Shown here: positions 45,131 to 57,470 of the stretch, piece after piece
How the letters are laid out: the number at the start of each line of letters is the position of its first letter
Position numbering within the stretch: position 1 is the first letter of the stretch
Assembly: GCF_009914755.1 (NCBI RefSeq)
Contig: NC_060926.1
From: the human T2T-CHM13v2.0 reference genome, Homo sapiens
DNA length: 64,000 nucleotides
Strand: one strand, 5' to 3'
The notes under the pieces: model-generated
Database searches by the model: none
What the model was told of the DNA's origin: nothing
What the model saw: only the letters and a program-made list of their open reading frames with translations
Translations under genes and position numbers: made by a program

Positions 45131-45649
45131 CATCACTAAAAAAGACCAAGAGTTGAAAGTGGATGGAAAACTTGGTTGCCTTCATTCAGTGGAGGTTGTT
45201 ATGAATGTTTTAAACCTCAGCTGTTCAGGCATTTTTGTAAATTCCTTGGCTGTGTAGTGCCAAGGTTAAGATGTGCTGGGGTTAGAGTTGGTTCTGTGGG
45301 GAGGAGGAGGAAACTCTTAGTAGGGAGAAGTGAAAACATTCCTAACCCAGTAGGTGCAGGGTTTGTAGCCCCGCAGCCCCACATGCACTCCTGGTATTTG
45401 TAATTTGCAGTGATGACAAACTGTGCCTCTGGCCATAGCCGAACTGCTGTCTGTTAGAATGCATGGCCATGGACGACTTGGTGACCAGTGGCCTGTAAAA
45501 TGCCACAGAACGCCCTGGCAGCTAATTTTTAATTCCCAGGAAGTTGCTTGCAACTTTGCAAAGATAAGGCAAAAGATCAGACTGGGGACATGCCCAGAGC
45601 ACAGGCAGCCCCCAGTCAGGTCTTTGTAGAAAGCTCTGGAGAGCAGTGA

Positions 45650-45913
45650 AACTTACTCGCTTTCCTGCAGCCTGGGGAAGTGAGTGCTTTGTTTTCTGGC
45701 ATACCTTAAATAACTGCCTGGACATGATTGATTAACTCTGCAAATATGATCCCTTTGCATTTGAAAACCTTATTTTTATACATTTTGATTTTTGTTTTTC
45801 TTAAAGACAATGTGGCATGTAATAAGTGATAACTATAACTATGGTTTAATTTCTTTTTGTAATTTCCACAGGACTCTGCTGGAGCAGGACTTCAGAGTGT
45901 TTGTTTTCAGCCT
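45650..45913 (+). repeat. Dispersed direct repeat, copy B
   Basis: Colinear similarity to 44538-44786. Confidence 0.92.
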
Positions 45914-46441
45914 GCTTTTAAAGTGATTTGAAGAGAGTGGCTTTGAAGGTTTCCATCCTTACTTTTTCATGTATAGTATCTTGTTCTTTAAAATTAGTGA
46001 GCTGAGCACATCCACATAAACACATACAGTTATAATTGCCCCAATTTTAAGCTCACTTTTGCCACAGTGAAAACTCAACACCATTAGCACAGTGAGCCAG
46101 CTCTGATTCTCTGAAGTGCTGGGCGTCTTTTTAATGGACAAATTGCAAATTTACTAATGTAAAAACTGAAGTTAATCACACTGGCATCTATTCTTCCAAT
46201 TTGTCATTTGGCTGAAAGTGATCTGATGTCATTCAGAAAGAAAGTGAGTTGGAATGGCATCAAGTCCTGATGGTGTAGCTTTGGGCTGAAGCTGAGTTTT
46301 CCTCCATGAAGCAACTGCTGCTGTTTCCTGGAGGGCAGACTTTGTTAACGTGTCTGTGTCTGAATTGCTCAGAATCTTAGGATTCACTTGAGGAATGTGA
46401 CAGTCAACACTGTTAATTCACCTGGTAGGCTGAGGATGTCA

Positions 46442-46497
46442 GGTCACAGTGCCACACTGTCAGGCCAGGGGTCACAGTGCCACATTGTCAGCCCAGG
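46442..46497. repeat. Tandem duplication, 28-bp unit x2
   Basis: ggtcacagtgccacactgtcaggccagg / ggtcacagtgccacattgtcagcccagg. Confidence 0.9.
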
Positions 46498-47077
46498 GGA
46501 GGGTTCCTGAATGACTGAGGGAATCCCATTTGTAGCAGCAGAAGAAACGCCGCCATCACCTTGCACCCTTGCCTCCCTTGAGAAGGCACCATGACCTCTG
46601 CACAGAGGCCTGAACATTTCCTGCTATAATGGGGTCTTTATTTGTGTTTGCTTTTGCTTCCCTTCCCATTCATGAAATGTTCTGTACATATAACATCTGA
46701 GTATTTTGGAGAGCATAATCTCTTCCTGTAAACCAGTGGCTTAAAACCTGGGGTTGCCAGCCAGTATAATGAATACAGTCTCTGAAGTTACCTGGTCCTT
46801 TGGGGGTTAAATCAGTGACCTTGGTTTTCTCAAGCTATAACTTTGTCTCCTTCCATGGTTGCCACATAACACAAGGGGAAACACTCTTCCAATACAGTGT
46901 ACCTAAGAGGAACTCATTTCAAAGATAGCTATGGAGGTCTGTCTCGTTTTAAAATTTGAAAGAACAAATAGAAATTTCTAAGATTATTGTCACTGAATTT
47001 TCACTTTTATGAGACTGACTTTCTCCCTACTGTGCTTATGAGGCACCTAATTTCTACCTTAAAAGACCAACCTATAC

Positions 47078-47442
47078 AGCCAGCATGGTGGCTCATGCCT
47101 GTAGTCCCAGCAGCTTCAGAAGCTGAGATGGGAGGATTGCTCAAGCCCTGGAGTTCGAGAGCAGCCTGAGCAACATAGCAAGACCCCCATCTCTAAAACA
47201 TTTATAAAAATTAGCAGGGTGTGGTAGCTTGTGTCTGTAGTCCCATCTACTCGGGAGGCTGAGGCAGAGGATCACTTGAGCCCAGGGGTTTGAGGATGCA
47301 GTGAGCTATGATCATGCCACTGCACTCCAGCCTGGGGCAACAGAGTGAGATCCTGTCTTTTTTTTTTTTTTAAATGCTTATTTAAAATGCCATTACTTAC
47401 TTAGTAAAATGCCATTTCTATTCAAATTAAAAAAAAAAAAAA
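47078..47442 (+). mobile_element. AluJ-like with an anomalous tail
   Basis: Alu body to 47357, then T14, 57 nt and A14; TSD-like aaaagacca. Confidence 0.92.
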
Positions 47443-48390
47443 GACCAGCAAATATTACCATGGTGTGAATTACCTCTGAAGTCTAGTTTGTGAGCTCAAC
47501 TCTAAGCTCTGTGAGGGCGGGGCTGGTGTCTGTTTTGTTCTCCAAGGGTCTAACTTTGGACTGGTATCCAGCTTATGGCAGGTACTTAGTTAATGTCTCT
47601 CAAATGAGAGCATTTCTGTTTCATAAAATGTAACTCTAGCTGTACTGTTCTGGCTAATACTAAATTGAATCTAGATGTTACTATGTTTAATGTAATTTGG
47701 ACTTCTGCCATACCTGATCCATAATAACCAGAGATCAATTCATAAAATCCTAACATAAAATCTAACATTGATCACTTTTAGAGGTTCCTTTTTATTTTCT
47801 GTGGCTGCATTTGAAATGGACACTGTCGTGCAAGGTTTTTGCTGGACTGCTGTTTTTGGAAGACAGTGTAGATTAATTCTATATTAAAGTTCAGAAGTGA
47901 TTCCGAACTACCAGCCACCCTTGAAGTCTCATTACTTATTAAAATGCCATTTCTATTCGTATTCTCTTTTTTTTCTTGCCTCATTTTCAGTAACTACATT
48001 CTTTTTAGCAGATTCAGGCGTTTGAAGAATAATTCATTCTCGCAGTGGGAATTACAAGTCTATGGGGGAAGGTGTGCTGGTGTTGGCTTAGATTTCTAGG
48101 GTTAGAAGGCATCTTCCGGGATGTGCTTTAGCCCCCAGAGTTCCCTTTAGACAGGAGCATCTTAAACCAACCCACCCAGAGGGGTTAGCAGACCTCCGGA
48201 AAAGGGGATTTTGTCATTTCTTTCATTCTCGCAACCTTTTGTAACAAAATTTATCTCATTCCTGAATTCTAAACTGGGTGGCTTTGTGATCTAAGGCAAT
48301 CTGCTTTATTTATCTGCACTTCTTTCCCGATTTCTGAGATAAGGATAGCACCGCTTTGTTTACCAACATTGCCAAAGGGGACTATGTAAG

Positions 48391-48809
48391 TATATTTTTG
48401 TTAAGAGTTGCCATAACAGAGTAACAAACTGGTGGCTTAAGCAACAGAAATTTATCATCTCACTGTTCTGGATGCTAGACTGAAATCAAGGTGATGGCAA
48501 GGCTGGGCTCGCTTGAAGGCACTAAGGAAGGAACTGTTCCAGGCCTCTCTCCTGGCTTCTGGTACTTCCTATGCTTGTGGCCGCATAACTTTATAACTTG
48601 TGGTATTCTCCCTGTGTGTGTGTCTGTGTCTGAATTTACCCTTCTGTGAGGCCACCAGTCGTGTTGGATCAGTGCCCATCCTACTCCAGTATGACCTCAT
48701 TTAACTAATTACATCTGCAATGGACCTGTTTCCAAATTCTGATGAGGTACTGAGGGTTACAACTATAACATGTACATTTTGTGGGGGGAGCACAATTTAA
48801 TCTATAACA
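48391..48809 (-). mobile_element. MaLR solo LTR (MLT1B/C-like)
   Basis: tgccataacagagtaacaaactggtggcttaagcaacagaaatttat ... cacaatttaatctataaca; 5-bp TSD gtaag / gtagg. Confidence 0.85.
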
Positions 48810-48880
48810 GTAGGCAAGAAGGTCACATAGAATTGGGAGGTCTGATGTAGCAGGCTGTTCTATTTCTCTCAAGTTCTCTA

Positions 48881-49241
<361 letters not shown>

Positions 49242-49779
49242 TTAGGCAATGCCAACCTAGGACACAGATTTGTTGTCTGACTGGGATCCTGTTTATAAAG
49301 AGTAGATGGGAGTTAACTTATATGAAGTCAGTTTAAGTCATGATGTCCTTGCATAGGACGTTTGTAACCTCTAGGTCCTTTCCTGAATTTAGTTGCTACT
49401 GTGGAAAGGTGACTGGATCTGGGCCTGGTGCTGTAAACAGATGCAGACAGTTGGCTCTGTCAGAGGACTGCTGGGCCTTGTTTGTTTACTGACTTCTTGA
49501 GATCTCAGATAGAAGACATAATAGAAGATCAAAGGCCTTTGTAATTACTTCCCCTAGTAATTGTTGCTAATGCCTGCAGGGTTATTTGTAAGGCTGTGGC
49601 AGGGGCTGTGTCTAATTTCACTTTACATACAGACTAGATGTTGGTTCCCAATTGCCTTGAGCTCTTCACTTTCTTTAAGTTGATGATTTTAGGTAATACC
49701 ACCATTTCTGAGGTTGTTTCAGAAACAGAAGTCAGAGTTCTCTTGGTGTAGGGATATTAAATTGTTTTCATATTTTGAA

Positions 49780-50300
49780 TTAAACTTTTATTGAAGTATA
49801 GATCTGGAAATTTAATCTAGATATTACTGATATTTAATGTAAAGCTCGTTGGCTGAGCCTGCTTGGGTACAGCCAAAATTCAGGCCTCCCTTACAACCCC
49901 ATTGCCTGTAGGAAACAAGGAACTCAGTGTGTGGAACAGCTTTCTGTGTATAGATAGAGGCATACAGTTTAATGAGTTCTCACACAGAACGTATCTGGAT
50001 CAAGAAACAGAACCTGACCAGCAAGCCTCTCTGTCATGCCCTTCCTGATCCCTACACCCTCCTCACTATTCTGAAGTCTATCAGCATCAAGTTTTTTTGT
50101 TTGATTTGGATTTTATGTACACATTTTAAAACACATTTAATTTTTTTTAGCTAAAAAATTAAATAAATATCATATAGCCCTAGAGTATGTACTTTTTAGT
50201 GTCTGACTTCTTTAGGTCAACATTATATGAGGCTTCACCCATGTTGTTGCCTATAGTGAGAGTTCATTTATCCCAATGGTTGTATGGTATTCCAGTGAAG
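49780..50300 (-). mobile_element. Old L1M 3' fragment interrupted by a non-L1 insertion
   Basis: aacttttattgaagtata ... gtctgacttctttaggtcaacattatatgaggcttcacccatgttgttgc. Confidence 0.6.
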
Positions 50301-51579
50301 ACTTCCTGTTTGAGTAATGCAAAATCCTGTCTTCTATGTAGGTATTGTGTAGTGAAGTACTGGAGTCACTTTCCACATGGTTTCCCACACTTCTTTTTTA
50401 CACATGTTCATGTTGCTGCTCTCACAGATTCAAATGCCTAACTTCCTCAATGTTTGCAGGTTTCCCCACCCCACTTTATTCTCTCCCCATGGGATATTTG
50501 AAGCTTATTTTCTCCCCCTTAATATCTGTCTGCTGTAACTCTGAGCAGGGAAACATCTGGTTAAGTCTTTTGAACTTTCTGACATTAATGTGAAAAGAGA
50601 GATATGAGCACTGGCAAAATGGCCGATTAGGGAGGCCCTGGGAGGAACAGCTGGATTAGGTCATAGATCTTCACCTCTCCTGCTTTCACTGCCATGATAG
50701 ACAAAACCTACGTCAGGAAGCAAGCTGTGATTTTGACTGTGATATATTCTTTCTCATGATAAATGATTATAGATGCCTAGACATGCAAGAATTTGAAAGG
50801 GGCTTGCATTAATGGTTTTTAGGAGAGAAATAGAGAAGTTCTTCCCACCCCCAGTACCAATTCCTGCTTTTTCTAGCAAAGATGACTTAGCATTCTGAAT
50901 GTAAATTTTATTGCAATTTTTTTTGCCTTTGCCGACAGTGTTTTCCATTCAGTACTTGATAGTATTACTTAGTGATACTATGGTAAAGATTAACCCCATC
51001 TGGAAATCCATGAATTACGGTAAATGTGAGGCACTTAGAATGGTGTCTGGCATGTAATGAGTACTGAAGAACTGTGGTTGGCACTGTTATTATTTGAAAT
51101 CATTTGGGGCTCCTCTTGTGGCAGTGGAGGGCCCAGGCTGGGTGGACTTCCATTGTGTGGTTAATAATCACGATGTAGTAAGGCAGCTGGAAAAGCTTGT
51201 CAGCGGAACCTGACTGGGTACAGCCATAATTCAGGCCTCCCTTTCTACCCCATTGCCTGTAGGAAATAAGGAATTCAGGGTGTGGAACAGCTTTCTCACT
51301 GACTCCCTGGCTGCACCTGGGTGTGCCTCTGGACAGGAAACCTGATGCCAGCATGGAGAGCAGATGCTCCTGCTGTCAGATAATGAAGCCAACGCAAAAA
51401 TCCACGTCTCCAGGCTAAAGTCTGGAGAGGCTGAATAAAGTACCCTTGAATGGGAATAAAATGTCACAGGGGGGCATACCTGCAGAGCAGTTTCTAAAAA
51501 AGGAAAGCGCTTCATGCATACCATGGCCGTGTGCTGCAGCAGCATACAGTTAGCATTTTGCTGTGTCTGCTCTTCTGTC

Positions 51580-53070
51580 TCGCTCTCTAAGTTTCAGACA
51601 TCATAGCATTTCACCTCTAAATACTTGAGATGCATCGCCTGAGGACATTCTCCCTACATTACCATAATGCAATATTGTACCTAAGAAAGTTTACAATGAT
51701 TCTGTTTCACACTTATCTAATAATATCTAGCACATTTTCGAATTTCCCTGCTTATTTGAAAACATCTTATAGCTTTTTTCCAACACTGGGATAAAATCAA
51801 GATTCATGCATTGCATTTGGTTATTCTTCTTTAAGCAGTAACAGTCTCTACACCTTCTTTTTGAACTTTTTGAAGAGTCTAGCCTAGCTGTTTTAAAGAA
51901 CGCCCCACATTATGGGTTTCTTGATGGTTTCTTTGCATGTCATTTACTTGTTTCTCTATCCTTTGTATTTCCTGTAAACTGGAAGCTAGGTTTACAGGCG
52001 TGAGTAGATTCAGGTTAAACATTTTTTGCCAAAGCTACTTCTTAGGTGATGCTGTGAAGTTCGTATGGCACGATGTGCTGCTGTCTCAATATTACTGATG
52101 TTGAGCTGATGACTAGTGGATCTTTCCGCTGTAGAAGTACACTTTAGGCCGGGTGCAGTGGCTCATGTCTGTAATCTCAGCAGTTTGGGAGGCCAAGGAG
52201 GGTGGATCACAAGGTCAGCAGTTCGAGACCATCCTGGCTAACACGGTGAAACCCTGTGTCTACTAAAATAAAAAAACAAAAAACAACAAAGAACAAAAAC
52301 AAAACAAACAAAAAAAAACCGGGTGTAGTGGCATGCGCCTGTAGTCCCAGCTGAGGCAGGAGAATCACTTGAACCAGGAGGCAGAGGTTGCAGTGAGCCA
52401 AGATTGCACTGCTGCACTCCTGCCTGGGCGACAGAGCGAGACTCCATCTCAAAAATAAAATAAAATAAAATAAAATAAAACACTTTTAATTGCAGTTAGT
52501 AATAGTTTGTGGGGTGATATTTTGCAAAGTGCAAATATGCTGTTTCCCAACAACTTTCCAACCCTGTTTTTAAGTTTCCTTTGAGTCAATTAGCCTGTAT
52601 TAGCTACTCCACTAGAGTTGCAAAATTAAGATTTTGTAATTCTTTCACTCCTTCTACCTTGAGTTACTGGCATTCCTCTGTAAAGAAGAGTTTTCCTCAC
52701 TCATCCTTTTTCTGAGTATCACTATGGAGTCATGATTTTTATTTATTTAATATTTATGATCAGTTACAGGCATTATTATTTTTGACACTCTACTTGTCCT
52801 TCAAATTGAGCCCCTGTGACAAACAGTGCCTTGTTTTCTGGCACCATCACATGTCCTGGGCTCATCTTACACATTTCCATCCCAGGCCTGAAATCAGTTG
52901 TTACTCCAAGAATCCCTGGGTATATTTTGTGGAGAATGCATTAAGAAACCCAGATGTAGATGCCAGGTAGGCTTGTTGCTAGCAGGAGTCATTATAGGTT
53001 TGTTCAATGGACAGAGGTAGGAAATATATTTTTAAAAAACATGAGTTCATTCATATTTTAAAATCTAAGA
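51580..53070 (-). mobile_element. L1MC4/5-like 3' region
   Basis: tttcacctctaaatactt ... aatcaagattcatgcattgcatttggtta ... ccaggcctgaaatcagttgttactccaagaatccctgg. Confidence 0.7.
52147..52480 (+). mobile_element. Alu (AluSc/Y-like) with an expanded A-rich linker
   Basis: accatcctggctaacacggtgaaaccc; (AAAAT)n tail; TSD acacttt. Confidence 0.95.
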
Positions 53071-53419
53071 TTTTACGAGGAATGTTCAGATTAATAAGGA
53101 CATTCTGTTGACCTGTGGTGTTATGTGAGCTGTTCCTTCTGCATCTTTTCCCCTCTTAGTCCACCTTTCCCGTAGACTCTTAGCCTTGTCTGCCCTTGAG
53201 TTTCTTCTGTGATTCATTTTGTCTCAAAGTTAGTTGTGGAATTCTTGGTTCTCAAAGTCAGCCTAACTGTGATTTAGTGTTAGTGACTGGGAAAGAGTAG
53301 CCACAGACAGACAAGGATACCAACTCCAGAAGAAGTACAGACTAGATCTCAAGGATACGGGAGGCAACAACAGCAAAAACAACAAAAATTGCTTACCAGT
53401 TAGTATGTGCCAGCCAGCA

Positions 53420-53570
53420 TCTCACGCTCTCTGAGCTGTTCGTGCATTGATCCTCTTGGCCACCCTCTGACACAGGTGCTGATGTGTCATACTCCCCATA
53501 CCGATGAGAAAGCTGAGCCACCGTGAGGTTGTCCATTGCCCAGTTACACATCTCAGACTTGCCAGAGCTG
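53420..53570 (-). mobile_element. MIR fragment
   Basis: ccccataccgatgagaaagctgagccaccgtgaggttgtccattgcccagttacaca. Confidence 0.6.
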
Positions 53571-55008
53571 GGCTTGCAAACAGGCCATCTGTGTTTGCAG
53601 TCCATGGGCCTAACCCCACATGTTCGTGCCCTTCAGTATCCCCAGAGAGCATGCCTTTGTGTGGCCTGCTGTTCATCTCTTTATGTGCCAGGTCCATCTG
53701 CTACCTGTCCTTTTCACCCTGCGTTGGTGGCAATGCCCTTGCAGTAGGAACCCAAACCCAAAACTCCAAAGAAATGAAGGGAAGACTTTGGCCCCCTGCC
53801 GAGTGGGAAGGGGTGGCTTAATAGAATTGTTTATTTTTTTCCAGTTTTGACTTTTCTTTGGGGTTTCTTTTGCCTTTGAGGAAGTTGAGTTAGGTAATTG
53901 ACAAGTTCTGCTTGCATAAGAGTTGAGTCCTTTAAAGTAGTTTCTTAACTGTTGGCAACAAGCTTAAAGACTGGAATGTCCCAGCAATGGGCTGTGGATG
54001 TGGAGAGTTAGTTCTCTTTAAGAATCAACATTCTTTGAGCCAGTTATAACATTGTAGAATTTAAGAAAGAATTTGGTGATGAATAAATATTGCTAAAGTG
54101 AAGAGGAGACTGAAGAATTCTTCTAGTAACTTGTATGTTAAGGTAACTTTTCTTAATAAGTTTTTGTGTGATTTGAAGCGTTATCCTTTCTCCAACTTTT
54201 CTATCACTAATATGGAAGAAGAATGATCACAGACTAGTAGGAGAGGATGGGAAGGCAGCCCTTTGCTCAGAAGGCTGATCAGTGAGGACTGGGATTACCT
54301 GCAAGAAGAAGTTAGGCTATCAATGCCTCAATTACTAAAGGCAACAGGAGAAAGGTGCATTAAGAACAACTCCATCAAAATCCAGAGCATTGCCAGGCGG
54401 AAGGCTCAGCCTTTTCAATGCATGGATGCACTTTTGATGAAGTGTTTTGACCAGGATGGAATACAGCCCATTTTCTTCTTCCAAAATCAAAGGTTTCTAG
54501 AATGTACTCCCCCACTGCTGTACACATAAACACTTCCCCAATGTGCATTCATGCCAGTGTAAAACAGCCTATCAGCATTTGCATACATTTCATAATAATA
54601 AAATCAAAGGAGGCTACATCTAGAAAAAAGAAAGCAGCCATCCATTCTTCCCCTGATCAGAAAGGCAAGGAGAAGAGTGGGCTGGTCTTTGGACTTGTGG
54701 ATATTGGGTCTCGTTTCATAGCAGCCTTCACCTCCCCAGTCCTCATCCTGCTCTTCCAGACTGAAGAAGGGAGAAGGAGCTGCAGGAAGTTGAGCAGCCG
54801 TGGTCCCATGAGCTTCAAAGTATCACAAAGAGATAATTTTAAATCTGGTGCTACTCTCTCCTTCCTTTTGCTGAGTCTTACTCCAGGGTGTCAACTTTGA
54901 GCAAGGCTGGCCTCCCATCAGAGCCAGGACAAAGGGTAAGGGGTGATACGCTGTCCTAGGGAAGGTATTGGAAGAACAAAGACAGCTTCCCTTTTTTCTA
55001 TGGGGAGG

Positions 55009-55475
55009 TGTATTAGTTTGCTAGAGCTGCCATGGCAAAATATCACAGACCCAGTGCCCTAAACAATAAAAATTTATTTTTTCACAATTCTGAGGCTGGG
55101 AGTCCAAGATTAAGGTGATGGCAGGGTCGGTTTCCTCTGAGGGCTGTGAGGGAAGGATCTCTTCCAGGCCTCTCTCCCAGGCTTCCACATGGCTGTCTTT
55201 TCTCTGTGTCTTCACATCAACTTCTCTCTGAAACCATCTGTGTCCAAATTTTCTTTTTGTTAAATAAGGATATCCGCCATCTTGCATTAAAGCCTACTCT
55301 AATGAGTTTGTTTTAATGTAATTACCCGTTAAAGACCCTATCTCCTCTTAATGAAGTAAGAAGGTATTTTTTTTTTTTAAAAAAACCCTATCTCCAAATA
55401 CAGTTATATTCTGAGGCACTTGGGTATTAGGACTTCAACATGTGAATTTTGGGGGCATACAATCAGCTCATAACA
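55009..55475 (-). mobile_element. MaLR solo LTR (MLT1A/B-like)
   Basis: tgtattagtttgctagagctgccat ... caatcagctcataaca; TSD ggagg / ggagc. Confidence 0.9.
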
Positions 55476-55790
55476 GGAGCTAAAGAAACATATCCTATTC
55501 TTTGTTTCAAATATTAAAAATCATGAATACACTTGTAACGTTACACTGTTAAAAGCAAGTTTCCTAAACAGTGCTCTGGTGTGCCACTTTCCCTTCTCCC
55601 TTCCCCTGAAGAAAAGTATCAGAAATAAGAAGAGCAATCGTAAAGTTAAGGAGTCATCTATAATAATTGAGTTTAGTGAGAAAAAAATACCTCATGCTCT
55701 CCTTTTCTTCTGCAATTTTTTAGATTTTTACGTATGTAAAGGAAGCAGTCATTAAATATTCTTTAATAGTTGTAATATGGTTGAGTTTGA

Positions 55791-55933
55791 CGGCTCATGC
55801 CTGTAATCCCAGTGCTTTGGGAGGCTGAGGCAGGAGGATTGCTTGAACCTAGAAGTTCAAGGCTGCAGTGAGCTGTAATTATGTCGCCGCACTCTAGCCT
55901 GGGCAACAGAGTGTGACTGTCTAAAAAAAAAAA
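55791..55933 (+). mobile_element. Alu monomer (FRAM/FLAM-like or internally deleted AluJ)
   Basis: Single-arm Alu with poly(A). Confidence 0.85.
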
Positions 55934-56084
55934 TTATACTTCTCCAACAGGCAGATTGTGTATTTGTTGTGCAAATTCTACCATATCTGAGGCACTTTGC
56001 CAGAATTTTGCCCACCTACTAACAGGTACTCACAGTTACTTGGTGCAGCTAGCAGAATCGGGACCTGGTGCACCAAGGAAATTC

Positions 56085-56270
56085 TATAGCCTCTCAGCCT
56101 AGCCCACCTGCATCAGAATCAAATGCAATGCTCTAAAATATGTTCATCCCTGGGCCCTATGCCGTGCATCTACTGAATCAGAGCCTATGTAAACAGAGTC
56201 CAGGAATTTGCATTTTCAACATGTGCCTCAGGAGTTTTTAGGCAAATGAAATTTGAAAATTACTGCTTTA
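56085..56270. mobile_element. MER5-like DNA transposon
   Basis: ctgcatcagaatca ... ctactgaatcagag ... aggaatttgcattttcaaca. Confidence 0.7.
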
Positions 56271-57284
56271 TTGGCAGGGTTTATAATTCTGGGCCACCAC
56301 TAGGGGGTAACGCTCATCTCACATCTCTCTTTGCAGGTAAAGAATTTAGTGCTCTGGTTTCTGGTCCCTTTCAACTCCCATCCACATTCGGCCTTCATAA
56401 ACACAGGATTCGTATCTCCTTGCTCCCTCCCCTCCAGTAACCCCCTCCTGTTGCTCCCCCCCACCCAACTTTATGTCCCCTACTGTCCACTGTTGGAATT
56501 GTTATGTTCTCTGTGGGTGTCAAGTATGTCCCAAGCTTCTTCTCTGTGATGGTGAGTGGCTTCTAGAACCTTCTAAGACATCTAGAAAACAGACTAACCT
56601 ATAACTCTCTCAGAGGTTTTCTTTGAACTGTTTAGGATTTAGGGATGTTTTCTTAATTGCTTGTGATCTGTGTTTTCAGTGTAGGCTAGGGTACAACAAT
56701 CCAGAATATAGTTAGGCTGGCAGGGGGAGGAAAACCCAAACAGATACCTTCATATCATACATGTTCTTTTGTCCAAGTGTTTTGATTTTCTAGTTTCAAA
56801 ATTTAGTTATGGGAACGTGTGGCTGTCTTCTTAATTTGGTTGCTTCTTTCTTCTTTGGACCAAGGATTACCTGGAAAGTGCTGCTCTCCAGGAGCAAGTC
56901 CCAGCCACACTGTCTTTTCTCCTGCCTCTTGCTGGTGATGCCCATTCCACTTTTAATGGTGTAGGTACACAATAATTTCTGCACAGCTCTACCACATGAC
57001 AGCCCTCCTAAAAGTTTATCACAAAGGAATTCTAAGCACATACAATAACATTCAATGAAATTTAAATGCAATAATAAGAGATTTAGTGGTAGGACCATTG
57101 TGCAATGACTAAACAAAACGTTGTGGCATTGACAACTTAGAGGATTTTTGCAGTAGTATTTAACTTTGTTAGGGCCAAGAGACACAGGAGAAATAAAGTT
57201 TGTGAAATTCTCCTGTTAAAGGTTTCATAAAATACACAATTTGAGCCTTTGAGAAGAAAAGGGGAGACAGTACTCCCCTTTTAG

Positions 57285-57470
57285 TGGGGGCTAAAAGCAC
57301 AGTTTTTGGAATGAAGACTGGACAGAGCTACCACATACTTCCTTTTGAAGAGTTCTCAAACACTCAGTTTCCTCTTCCTCAAAATGATGATAATATTAGT
57401 ACCCAATGTAATGAGGATGAAAAGATAGAATACATGTAAAGTGTGTAGTATAGTGCCTAGTGTACTATAG
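57285..57470 (+). mobile_element. MIR fragment
   Basis: ctcagtttcctcttcctcaaaatgatgataatattagtacc. Confidence 0.6.
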
